Program-made: the position numbers and the translations under genes
Assembly (NCBI GenBank): GCA_043729945.1
Contig: JAYTKW010000009.1
Coordinates: forward strand, 1-47,889
Direction of reading: 5' to 3'
DNA: 47,889 bases
Origin: Candidatus Kaiserbacteria bacterium
GTDB taxonomy: Bacteria; Patescibacteriota; Minisyncoccia; Phycocordibacterales; UBA918
The notes under the pieces: generated by a model
What the model saw: the letters and a program-made list of their open reading frames with translations, nothing else
What the model was told of the DNA's origin: nothing
Database searches by the model: none
Part shown: positions 1 through 11,940 of the stretch, piece after piece
How positions within the stretch are numbered: the first letter of the stretch is position 1
Layout of the letters: every line of letters starts with the position of its first letter

Positions 1-100
1 TACCCTTAAAGTTCTTCCCAGCCCGATGCAACTCCACATACGGTGAAATCACGTCAAGAATACTAAGTCTGTCTTTAATCTGCTGCACCGAGTCACTCAT
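1..100 (-). CDS. dnaG: DNA primase, N-terminal fragment (runs off window start)
   Basis: Reverse complement from ATG at 100 reads MSDSVQQIKDRLSILDVISPYVELHRAGKNFKG, the typical start of the DnaG zinc-binding domain; TATACT lies just upstream. Confidence 0.85.
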   Translation of the reverse strand, partial: MSDSVQQIKDRLSILDVISPYVELHRAGKNFKG

Positions 101-235
101 GTGCCACTAGTATACCCCGCCAAACTTTTCTAGGAAAAGTTAAGCGGGCAAGCCCGAACCTAAGCACATTACGGGAAATACTTGACATCAAGGATAATAC
201 GTATTATATTGATAATGTATACATCTTTAAGGGGA

Positions 236-424
236 ATGATGATGATGTTACTAGATGTTATTGGTCTGCTCTTTATGTTTGGCTTTTCGGCATTCTTAGT
301 CTATGAAGGTACTTATGAGGGAGTGCCTGCAGAGAAGAGGACTCTGTGGGATAAAGACCTATGGGGATTGATACTTTTAACCTGGGCATTTATATTCTTT
401 TTATATTGGCTGCCTAAGGAATAA
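236..424 (+). CDS. small membrane protein, hypothetical
   Basis: Two hydrophobic segments; TTGACA(182)-17-TATATT promoter, AGGGG SD before the ATG run at 236-247, hairpin after the stop. Confidence 0.55.
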   Translation: MMMMLLDVIGLLFMFGFSAFLVYEGTYEGVPAEKRTLWDKDLWGLILLTWAFIFFLYWLPKE

Positions 425-473
425 CCCCACGACGGCCCCATGCGCCAACGTGGGGTTTCGTCTTTTTATATGA

Positions 474-510
474 GAAAACAGCCAGGTCGCGAAGCGACCT
501 GGCTGTTTTC
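474..510. terminator. perfect hairpin between convergent genes
   Basis: GAAAACAGCCAGGTCGC-GAA-GCGACCTGGCTGTTTTC, 17-bp perfect stem with short A/T ends. Confidence 0.65.
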
Positions 511-531
511 ATTAGTTCACTTGAGAGGTCT

Positions 532-633
532 CTAAAATCGATGAGATACGAGGCGCTAGCAGAAAATGTTTCGAGTCGTACTTCATGTACGATGAGGAAC
601 ATTTTCTGCGCAGCAACGAAGTAGGTCGCGATT

Positions 634-637
<4 letters not shown>
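532..637 (+). repeat. structured repeat family A, copy 1 (overlaps rpoC stop)
   Basis: ATACGAGGCG...GAGTCGTAC-ttcat-GTACGATGA...CAACGAAGTA; closing stem CTAAAATCG/CGATTTTAG. Confidence 0.8.
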
Positions 638-4302
<3,665 letters not shown>

Positions 4303-4319
4303 ATATATTTCAGAAACAA

Positions 4320-7300
4320 TTACGCAGGCTCATAAGACGACTCTTCATTGCGGGGACGGCGCGGCGGTTCATCTTTGGTTAATTTAACATCAAGGGCCAA
4401 TCCACGGAGTTGATTCACGAGCACGTTAAACGCAGCCGGGGTATGTGGATGTCCAATTTTTTCTCCCCGCACAATCGAGTCAAAGGCGGCTGAACGACCT
4501 ACAATATCGTCTGATTTAATCGTGAGCATTTCACGGAGTGTATAGGCAGCCCCGTATCCGAGGAGCGCCCACACTTCCATCTCTCCAAACCGCTGTCCTC
4601 CGACCTGCGCCTTACCACCAAGTGGCTGTTGCGTAATAAGTGAGTACGGACCAATCGAACGCATGTGGATTTTATCCTCTACCATGTGGTGGAGTTTCAA
4701 GATATACATGAGACCAACAGCAGTGCGCTGGGCGAATTTATCACCCGTTCGTCCGTCACGGAGCTGGATTTTGCCATCCTCTGGCAAGCCAGCGGCTACC
4801 AACTCGGCTTTCACATGCGATTCAGTGGCACCAGCAAACGGCGGCACAATCGCCTGGTAACCCAACGTGTGAGCGGCCATACCCAGGTGGAGTTCAAGAA
4901 TTTGTCCCAGGTTCATACGTGATGGTACTCCCAGTGGTGTAAGCAGAATGTCGATTGGACGACCATCTTCGGTATACGGCATATCTTCTTCCGGCAGAAT
5001 GCGCGAAATAACACCTTTGTTACCGTGACGACCAGCGAGCTTGTCTCCAACAGAGATATTACGCACCTGTGCTACGGTCACGTGGATTCGCTTGATAACT
5101 CCCGACTCTAGCTGATCACCGTTTTCGCGAGAGAAAATCTTGACCCCAATCACGCGACCCCGTTTACCGGCCTCGAGGCGTAGTGACGTATCTTTGACAT
5201 CTTTGGCTTTTTCTCCAAAGATTGACCGGAGAAGTCGTTCTTCTGGGGTTAGTTGGGTCTCGCCTTTTGGCGTCACTTTACCAACCAAGATATCACCAGG
5301 ACGGACTTCGGCGCCGATGCGGATAATACCGTTTTCATCAAGGTTACGGAGTTTGAGTTCAGATACGTTCGGGATGTCAGCTGAAGTTACTTCGGGACCG
5401 AGCTTGGTATCACGCACGGACACTTCGAGTTCATCGAGGTGGATACTCGAGAATTTACTGGCTTTTACCAATCGTTCAGAAATAACAATCGCATCTTCGT
5501 AGTTAGCACCGTTCCAACTCATAAAGGCCACCAGCGCATTTTGTCCTACAGCCAATTGACCCTGGTCAGTAGATGACGTGTCAGCGAGCAAATCGCCTCG
5601 TTTTACATTAGAGCCAACAGTTACGGCTGGACGGTGATAAAAGGCTGAGAAGTCGTTGGTCCGTTTCAGGGTTGTCAGTGGGTACTCTTTTTTCTTGCCT
5701 TCTTTGTTTTTAACGACAATATGTTGTGCATCACATTCAACCACTTCACCAGCCTCAAGCGCGTAGACTACCCGACCAGTATCGCGAGCGGCTACGCTTT
5801 CCACACCAGTGGCTACAATTGGCGCCTCAGTAATGAGACACGGGGTTGACTGCTTCTGCATGTTTGAACCCATGAGGGTACGGTTGGCGTCGTCGTGGTT
5901 CAAAAACGGAATCATCGAAGTTGCAATTGAGAATGCCTGATTGGTAGCAATATCCATGTATTCGATATCTTTTCGAGGCACGGAACGAGGATCACCTTTT
6001 TTACGAGCTTCAACGAGATCGTTTACAATCTTACCCTTACTGTCGATTTCAACGGCAGCGTGAGCAATCGTGTATTTCTCTTCTTCGTGCGCATTCATAT
6101 AGGTTACTTCACCAGTGACAATTCCCTTTTCAACTTTTACATACGGGGTCTCGATAATACCAAAACGGTTTACCTTGGCGTACATAGCGAGGCGGAGAAT
6201 AAGTCCAATGTTTGGACCTTCTGGAGTATGAATTGGGCAGAGACGACCGTAGTGACTGGTGTGAACATCACGCACTTCGAAACCAGCTCGTTCCCGCGTT
6301 AGTCCGCCGGGACCAAGCGCACTGAGGGTACGGAGGTGCTCGATTTCAGCGAGGTTATTCTGTTGCTGACTGAATTGTGAGAGTTGGTTAGTACTAAAAA
6401 ATTCTTTGATCGCAGCCTGAAGCGGACGCGGGTTTAAAATCTGCATCGGAAGAGATGTCTCAGCTTCAATAGTAGACATCCGGTCCTGGATATTACGCTT
6501 CATGCGGGTCATACCAACGCGAACACGCTGTTGGAGCATTTCACCAAAGTACCGAACGCGACGGAAGCCAAGGTGGTCGATATCATCAGGCAACGCCGTA
6601 GCGTCATGGTTCATGACCACGATATTTTGGATAATTAATTTGATGTCTTCGGTCGAGATTGTTCGTTCATCAGTGGCTTTCTTGTCTATTGGGCGACCAT
6701 ACCGTTCGTTAAAGTGATGGCGACCAATTTCTGAGAGATCGTATCGTTCTGGGGCAAAAATTGAACGCACAAATTCACGGGCGGAATCTAGGGTAGCTAA
6801 ATCACCATCACGCAAACGTTTGTAGACTTCAATAAATGAATCATCTGATGTTTTGGCGGGATCTTTGGCAATGGTAGCCTTCATGTATTCCTCACCACGC
6901 TCAATTCCCTTCATCATCTCGATCATGTCCTTTTCCTTGTCGATACCCATCACACGCAAAAGCGACGAGATCGGGAATTTCTTCTTGCGATCGATTTTGA
7001 CATAGATAACGCCATCAGCATCAGATTCCATTTCAATCCAAGCACCACGCGCTGGGATGATTTTGGCACCAAACAGCGTACGACCCTTCACTTCGTTCGC
7101 CGTAAAGAAGATACCGTATGAACGAGCTAGCTGCGGCACGATTACACGCTCTACACCATTGATGATAAATGTTCCGTTTTCGGTCATAACCGGCATATCA
7201 GCGAGGAACATTTCCTGATCTTTTTCTGATTCAAAGGTCTTGTTCTTCAAAATCACCTGGGCACGCAGGGGCGCGTCGTAGGTTAGTTTATTTTCCTTGG

Positions 7301-7553
7301 CAAATTCCGGGGTGCACTTTGGTTCACCAAGCTCGTATTTCTTGAACCGTAGTTCAAATTTTTTCTCAGAGTAGTCAGTAATCGGTGAAAACTCAGTGAA
7401 AATTTCTTTCAGCGCTGTTCCGACAAACCACGTGAAAGATTCACGCTGTGGTTCAATCAAATCAGGCACTTCTATCATTGGTGCCGGAGCAATCGAAAAA
7501 ATCTTTTTCGGCATTGCTCCGGTTGACGCGTAATCGTCGGCTTTAAATTGCAT
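4320..7553 (-). CDS. rpoB: RNA polymerase beta subunit
   Basis: GDKLAGRHGNKGV, GQRFGEMEVWAL, TPEGPNIGL motifs; directly upstream of rpoC. Confidence 0.99.
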   Translation of the reverse strand: MQFKADDYASTGAMPKKIFSIAPAPMIEVPDLIEPQRESFTWFVGTALKEIFTEFSPITDYSEKKFELRFKKYELGEPKCTPEFAKENKLTYDAPLRAQVILKNKTFESEKDQEMFLADMPVMTENGTFIINGVERVIVPQLARSYGIFFTANEVKGRTLFGAKIIPARGAWIEMESDADGVIYVKIDRKKKFPISSLLRVMGIDKEKDMIEMMKGIERGEEYMKATIAKDPAKTSDDSFIEVYKRLRDGDLATLDSAREFVRSIFAPERYDLSEIGRHHFNERYGRPIDKKATDERTISTEDIKLIIQNIVVMNHDATALPDDIDHLGFRRVRYFGEMLQQRVRVGMTRMKRNIQDRMSTIEAETSLPMQILNPRPLQAAIKEFFSTNQLSQFSQQQNNLAEIEHLRTLSALGPGGLTRERAGFEVRDVHTSHYGRLCPIHTPEGPNIGLILRLAMYAKVNRFGIIETPYVKVEKGIVTGEVTYMNAHEEEKYTIAHAAVEIDSKGKIVNDLVEARKKGDPRSVPRKDIEYMDIATNQAFSIATSMIPFLNHDDANRTLMGSNMQKQSTPCLITEAPIVATGVESVAARDTGRVVYALEAGEVVECDAQHIVVKNKEGKKKEYPLTTLKRTNDFSAFYHRPAVTVGSNVKRGDLLADTSSTDQGQLAVGQNALVAFMSWNGANYEDAIVISERLVKASKFSSIHLDELEVSVRDTKLGPEVTSADIPNVSELKLRNLDENGIIRIGAEVRPGDILVGKVTPKGETQLTPEERLLRSIFGEKAKDVKDTSLRLEAGKRGRVIGVKIFSRENGDQLESGVIKRIHVTVAQVRNISVGDKLAGRHGNKGVISRILPEEDMPYTEDGRPIDILLTPLGVPSRMNLGQILELHLGMAAHTLGYQAIVPPFAGATESHVKAELVAAGLPEDGKIQLRDGRTGDKFAQRTAVGLMYILKLHHMVEDKIHMRSIGPYSLITQQPLGGKAQVGGQRFGEMEVWALLGYGAAYTLREMLTIKSDDIVGRSAAFDSIVRGEKIGHPHTPAAFNVLVNQLRGLALDVKLTKDEPPRRPRNEESSYEPA

Positions 7554-7731
7554 AAATACTGTTTTGATTACCGGTAAAAAATAGACATAAAAATCAAGAC
7601 ACCACTGGCGCTTTTTTATACTGTCTACTTTTTTACCCTATTAATATCGACATCACTACCCCTGTGATTTACCCCGCGATATATCTCCTCTAGCCATAAC
7701 ACAGTCGAGACCTGCTCACGTTTGTGCCGGG

Positions 7732-7760
7732 ATTATAGCAGACAAGGATAAATCGCGCAA
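7732..7760 (-). promoter_or_regulatory. sigma70-type promoter of rpoBC
   Basis: Minus strand TTGCGC-17nt-TATAAT with extended TG. Confidence 0.6.
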
Positions 7761-7832
7761 CTCCAACCTATTGACATCCCTTTTGTCTAGTTGACAAACG
7801 TAAAGAATATTAGCTTAGCTATCAAGCTTAAA

Positions 7833-8315
7833 TTAAATGTTCGGAGTAATCAAAATTCCTGTGTATCTACTGGAATCTTTCATTGCGGGAATAAAAGTAA
7901 TTTTATAGTTGCTGTCTTTATCTGAAGTATTTGTTATCTCCATTAAACCTGCAATGTCTCTATTTTGATACATCTCATCGTTCGTCCCAACAAAAAAATC
8001 TTTTACTTGCCTATTTTTTGAGTTATATGTTACTAAAAGTTGAAACCCATTTTTTTCGAACGTCATATCCTCTTCAGAAGAATTCAACATTTGCTCATCA
8101 CTTAACTTAAAAGATTTATTTGGAAGATTTATAGATTTAACAATTTCATCAACATTGAGTCCTACTAATGACGGCACATCAAAAACCAACTCAAGTTTAT
8201 TTGACTGAACCAATTCCTGATTAGATGTAGGCTTTTCGTCATTATTTAAAATTACAGCTATAAAGACTACTAATAAAACACAGAACAATCCACTTAATAG
8301 TTTTCTATTTTTCAT
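7833..8315 (-). CDS. hypothetical exported/membrane-anchored protein
   Basis: 160-aa AT-rich ORF with N-terminal hydrophobic helix. Confidence 0.7.
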   Translation of the reverse strand: MKNRKLLSGLFCVLLVVFIAVILNNDEKPTSNQELVQSNKLELVFDVPSLVGLNVDEIVKSINLPNKSFKLSDEQMLNSSEEDMTFEKNGFQLLVTYNSKNRQVKDFFVGTNDEMYQNRDIAGLMEITNTSDKDSNYKITFIPAMKDSSRYTGILITPNI

Positions 8316-8415
8316 ATTTTAATGCTCTTAAATTATATATTAAAAGTTTATTATTAATAGGTACCTAACTATGAAAACTGGATTTTCTCCTGAGGATACT
8401 CCTTAGGTTAATAGT

Positions 8416-9240
8416 TTAGAACTTCCATGTTTCCTTTTCGCCTTCAGTCACCACAGGTTCGGACACTCCCTCAATCCACTCTTTTGCTTCAGCTTCGTAC
8501 TCCTTATCGGCAGCCATGGCTTTATATCCAGCTTCAAGGTTATCGTTATTTATGATTGATTGTTTGTTCCGCCATTTTTCTATCTCGGCGTGGTTACCGT
8601 TGAGCAATACTTCGGGTACGGGGTAGATTTTCTTTTTGTAGACCAGGGTCTCGGGTCGGGTGTAGGTTACACCTTCAGTTGCGCGGTCGTCTTCGAGGGA
8701 ATCGAATGTTCCGAGTACGCCGGGGATTTGGCGCGAGACGCTGTCGATGATGGTGAGGGCCGGCAATTCACCACCCGTAAGAATATACTCCCCAACCGAA
8801 ACTTCTTCCGCATTCAAGATTTCCCCAACGCGCGCATCAATGCCTTCGTACCTACCCGAAATCAAAACCAGGTGATCATACTCATCAGCCCACTGTTTCG
8901 CCAAGGTATTATTAAAGACCGTCCCTCGCGGAGACATAATGAGCGTCTTCACCTTCCCCTTTTTCAGTGCCGCCGTTTTCGTCCCCACTGCCTTTTGCCA
9001 CGCCTTTAAAATTGGTTCCGCAATCATCACCATACCAGGCCCGCCACCATACGGTCGTTCGTCAACCTTCTTGTGTTTGTTTGTAGCAAAGTCGCGCGGG
9101 TTATAGTAACTCACATCAATTTGTTTCCCTTTCACCTTCGCCCCTTTCCCTTTCTCTACCTTTTGAGCACGGCCAAGCACACTAGCGTTGGTATACACCT
9201 TACAGACTTCCGGGAAAATAGAAATAATATGAAAATGCAT
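8416..9240 (-). CDS. trmD: tRNA (guanine37-N1)-methyltransferase with C-terminal extension
   Basis: VDERPYGGGPGMV, SGRYEGIDAR, SVGEYILTGGE, YTRP...VPEVLLNGNH motifs. Confidence 0.97.
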   Translation of the reverse strand: MHFHIISIFPEVCKVYTNASVLGRAQKVEKGKGAKVKGKQIDVSYYNPRDFATNKHKKVDERPYGGGPGMVMIAEPILKAWQKAVGTKTAALKKGKVKTLIMSPRGTVFNNTLAKQWADEYDHLVLISGRYEGIDARVGEILNAEEVSVGEYILTGGELPALTIIDSVSRQIPGVLGTFDSLEDDRATEGVTYTRPETLVYKKKIYPVPEVLLNGNHAEIEKWRNKQSIINNDNLEAGYKAMAADKEYEAEAKEWIEGVSEPVVTEGEKETWKF

Positions 9241-9245
9241 AAAAG

Positions 9246-9524
9246 TTATCGGTTACGTTTTGTATGTAGGACAGTAATAATCTGAACTGTGTCTTTGGTA
9301 ACTTGATATACTATAACAAATGGAACTTTTGATAAGGTGAGTACAAATACGTTATTAATTTTAATTCGTCGGCCTATGAGTGGTGATTCGGATATGGTTA
9401 ACAACGCACTCTGAAAAATTAAAGTAAGTTCTGTAGATTTGGCATTCCCCCATTTTTCTGCAGTCTGCTCAGTAATACGCGCAATTGCCAAACATGATCG
9501 TTTACGCAGTATGATGTGGTGCAT
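9246..9524 (-). CDS. RelE/ParE-family toxin
   Basis: 92 aa, basic, PLIGRR...PFVIVYQV...VQIITVLHTKRN C-terminus; overlaps upstream acidic ORF. Confidence 0.8.
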   Translation of the reverse strand: MHHIILRKRSCLAIARITEQTAEKWGNAKSTELTLIFQSALLTISESPLIGRRIKINNVFVLTLSKVPFVIVYQVTKDTVQIITVLHTKRNR

Positions 9525-9738
9525 ATTTTTCTAGCAGCGGAGTAAATACTTCGTCCATTGTGTATGCCCCTTTATCATTTTCCAAAATATCCCTAATCTC
9601 AGCCAATTCTTCTTCAGTGAATTGGAAGATATCATCTTCGACCGGAACAACTAAATGTGTAAACTCGGAAAAGACTGCCAATTGTTCCTCGACTGGTAAA
9701 GTTTTAATTTCAGCTACAATTGATTGCAACTTTGTCAT
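9502..9738 (-). CDS. putative antitoxin (addiction module component)
   Basis: 78 aa acidic, IKTLPVEEQ...FTEEELAEI; overlaps the toxin start. Confidence 0.7.
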   Translation of the reverse strand: MTKLQSIVAEIKTLPVEEQLAVFSEFTHLVVPVEDDIFQFTEEELAEIRDILENDKGAYTMDEVFTPLLEKYAPHHTA

Positions 9739-9773
9739 ATAAATACTATACCACAGATTGGTGGATTTACTAC

Positions 9774-10205
9774 TTAGAAGTTGTCTTTGAATTTAGCGTA
9801 GGTATCAGAAGAACCGGTCATCATCGGCGATTGGTGCTCGTGAAATGGCGCCCAGATCATTTTGTCAGTTTCCTCGTTTGGCATTTCCAGCACCAACGTG
9901 GGGTCAATCAGACATTTAAAATAAAAGCCGAGCCAATGCGTGGCAACGCCATCGAGCGTACGGAACTTTTCCATATGACCCAAAAACTCATATTCGATTG
10001 GCTCTGTTCCGATTTCCTCTTGCATCTCGCGTTTTAAACACTCTTCAATAGTCTCACCATGATCAAGTCCCCCGCCAACACCCGGATCCCATTTCCCAAT
10101 CTCGTCCCGCGCCCCCGGACCGCGCCTACGATACAAAATCTTCCCATTCCCATCATGACAAATCCCCGTAACAAATACCCCAACATAATCGATACCTTTT
10201 ATCAT
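9774..10205 (-). CDS. Nudix hydrolase
   Basis: Intact Nudix box GGLDHGETIEECLKREMQEEIG. Confidence 0.9.
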   Translation of the reverse strand: MIKGIDYVGVFVTGICHDGNGKILYRRRGPGARDEIGKWDPGVGGGLDHGETIEECLKREMQEEIGTEPIEYEFLGHMEKFRTLDGVATHWLGFYFKCLIDPTLVLEMPNEETDKMIWAPFHEHQSPMMTGSSDTYAKFKDNF

Positions 10206-10219
10206 AACTAGAAATGAAT

Positions 10220-10645
10220 TTATAATTCAGCACGCAACCTCATCCACAACTTCCCCATCTGATTTTCACCGCTGCCATCTGCACCCGTGCCCCAATTGTA
10301 ATCGGTATCGTAAACCTTTAGCAATTCTGCACCGCCGGTTTCAAGCAATACAGCACGCACGTCATCATGTTGTGCTAGTTTTGCGCGAAAGATTTCCTCC
10401 ATCAGCAATAGCTTATCTACTGATTCATCAAGCATTCCTTGTTCTTTCGCCACTTGTGCTCGTCGCCAAGCCTCAAGGGGACTTGTCGCTTCACAAATAT
10501 TTGCTCTGGCGGCTTCTTTCATTCGAAGTGCCTGATAGGCATGCTCGGCAGTTTTATACACAATTCCACGAACTTCCACTTCATGCGCAGAAAATGGCGA
10601 CAAATACGTCCACCGCGTCTCCACAAAATTGATAGGTTCAACCAT
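10220..10645 (-). CDS. NADAR (YbiA-like) family protein
   Basis: LSPF...YKTAEHAYQA...DYNWGTGADGSGENQMGKLWMRLR motifs. Confidence 0.9.
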   Translation of the reverse strand: MVEPINFVETRWTYLSPFSAHEVEVRGIVYKTAEHAYQALRMKEAARANICEATSPLEAWRRAQVAKEQGMLDESVDKLLLMEEIFRAKLAQHDDVRAVLLETGGAELLKVYDTDYNWGTGADGSGENQMGKLWMRLRAEL

Positions 10646-10693
10646 CCCAAAATCCTATCACACAAACTCCCATCAACGAAAGCTTCCATCCAA

Positions 10694-10840
10694 GCGAGCA
10701 CCTAGCCTGTAGCGAACATCTGCAGGCGGTCGCCCAGCCAAAATTAAAACCAGACGGATGTCTGGCTTTAATTTTGCGACCGCCGAAGCCGTAGCAAAAA
10801 TCTGGAGAGATTTTGCGGTCGCTGCAGGCTAGGTGCTCGC
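10694..10840. repeat. structured repeat family C, copy 1 (147 nt, three-way junction)
   Basis: Outer inverted repeat GCGAGCACCTAGCCTGTAGCGA/TCGCTGCAGGCTAGGTGCTCGC plus two inner hairpins; ends 2 nt from the khpA stop. Confidence 0.7.
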
Positions 10841-10842
10841 GC

Positions 10843-11193
10843 TTAAATCTTTAGGTCGTCGATAGCCTCATCGAGGGTTTTGGTAGTCTCCACCATCGGG
10901 TTATCTTCACGCATTGCTTCGCCCATTTCACGACTCATTCCCTTGCCTCCCTCTGGCTCATTGATCTTTAGATTCACGCGAGCATCGTGCTTCATACCAA
11001 CTACTCGTAGTAAAGTACGAATAGCTTTGGCGGTGTTTCCACTGCGGCCAATAATCTTACCCATATCATCCGCGTGGACATCAAGGGTTAGTAACACACC
11101 CATCTCATCAACGGTTCGGTTAATTCGTACTGAATCAGGATTATCAACGAGAGCTTTAACTAACGTTTCGAGGAATTGTTGGTCTTCATTCAT
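10843..11193 (-). CDS. khpA: KH-domain RNA-binding protein KhpA
   Basis: DMGKIIGRSGNTAKAIRTLL; downstream of rpsP. Confidence 0.9.
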   Translation of the reverse strand: MNEDQQFLETLVKALVDNPDSVRINRTVDEMGVLLTLDVHADDMGKIIGRSGNTAKAIRTLLRVVGMKHDARVNLKINEPEGGKGMSREMGEAMREDNPMVETTKTLDEAIDDLKI

Positions 11194-11282
11194 ATCGGGT
11201 ATTCTGAACTGTTATTGGATAAGCGGCCACAGTAATTAACTGGGGGCTGTAACTATAGTATAAACGAGCAAGTATAAGCGTC

Positions 11283-11319
11283 AACAGCGAGTCGGGCACA
11301 AGAGTACCGACTCGCTGTT
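11283..11319. terminator. hairpin after rpsP
   Basis: AACAGCGAGTCGG...CCGACTCGCTGTT. Confidence 0.5.
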
Positions 11320-11343
11320 CTAAATTAACCTGTATTAGGTGCT

Positions 11344-11874
11344 TTACGCAGCCGCTGGTTCCTTTGCAGGATTTTCCTCGGGGGTGGCTTCGGTTGCAAC
11401 TTCTACTGGAGCTGCCTCTACTGAAGCGACCTCAACGGGCACCTCTTTGACAACTGGTACTGCCTCGACTGCTGCAGCTGTTTCAGCCGCTACTTTTTCT
11501 GCCTCGGCCGCTGCTTTCTCAGCTTCGATTGCTGCTACGCGATCTGCCTCAACTTTTGCTACCCGGTCGGCTTCGGCCTTTACTTTAGCCTCATCGATGA
11601 TTGGTGACTTGCGTGGAAGCGCGTTTCGCTTCTTGGCGTCGATGATTTTCTTTGACACGAGCATGTTATGCACGGTATCTGAAGCCTGCACACCTTGAGC
11701 CAACCACTGCTTGGCCTTGTCTCCGTCGAGGTTAATAGTTCCCTGCTTTGGGTTATAGTTTCCGATTAAATCTACAATCTTGTTACTTTTTGTACTGGTT
11801 CGTTTATCAACAACTACCACGCGGTACGCGGGGTTGTTTTTTCGTCCGACTCGTTGTAATCGCATCATTAACAT
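11344..11874 (-). CDS. rpsP: 30S ribosomal protein S16 with Ala/Glu-rich tail
   Basis: MRLQRVGRKNNPAYRVVV...IGNYNP...WLAQGVQASDTV. Confidence 0.96.
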   Translation of the reverse strand: MLMMRLQRVGRKNNPAYRVVVVDKRTSTKSNKIVDLIGNYNPKQGTINLDGDKAKQWLAQGVQASDTVHNMLVSKKIIDAKKRNALPRKSPIIDEAKVKAEADRVAKVEADRVAAIEAEKAAAEAEKVAAETAAAVEAVPVVKEVPVEVASVEAAPVEVATEATPEENPAKEPAAA

Positions 11875-11940
11875 AGTGGCGCAAGAGTATCAGATATGTC
11901 CGATTTGGTCAATATGCCTGTCCCTGCTATACTCAAAATC

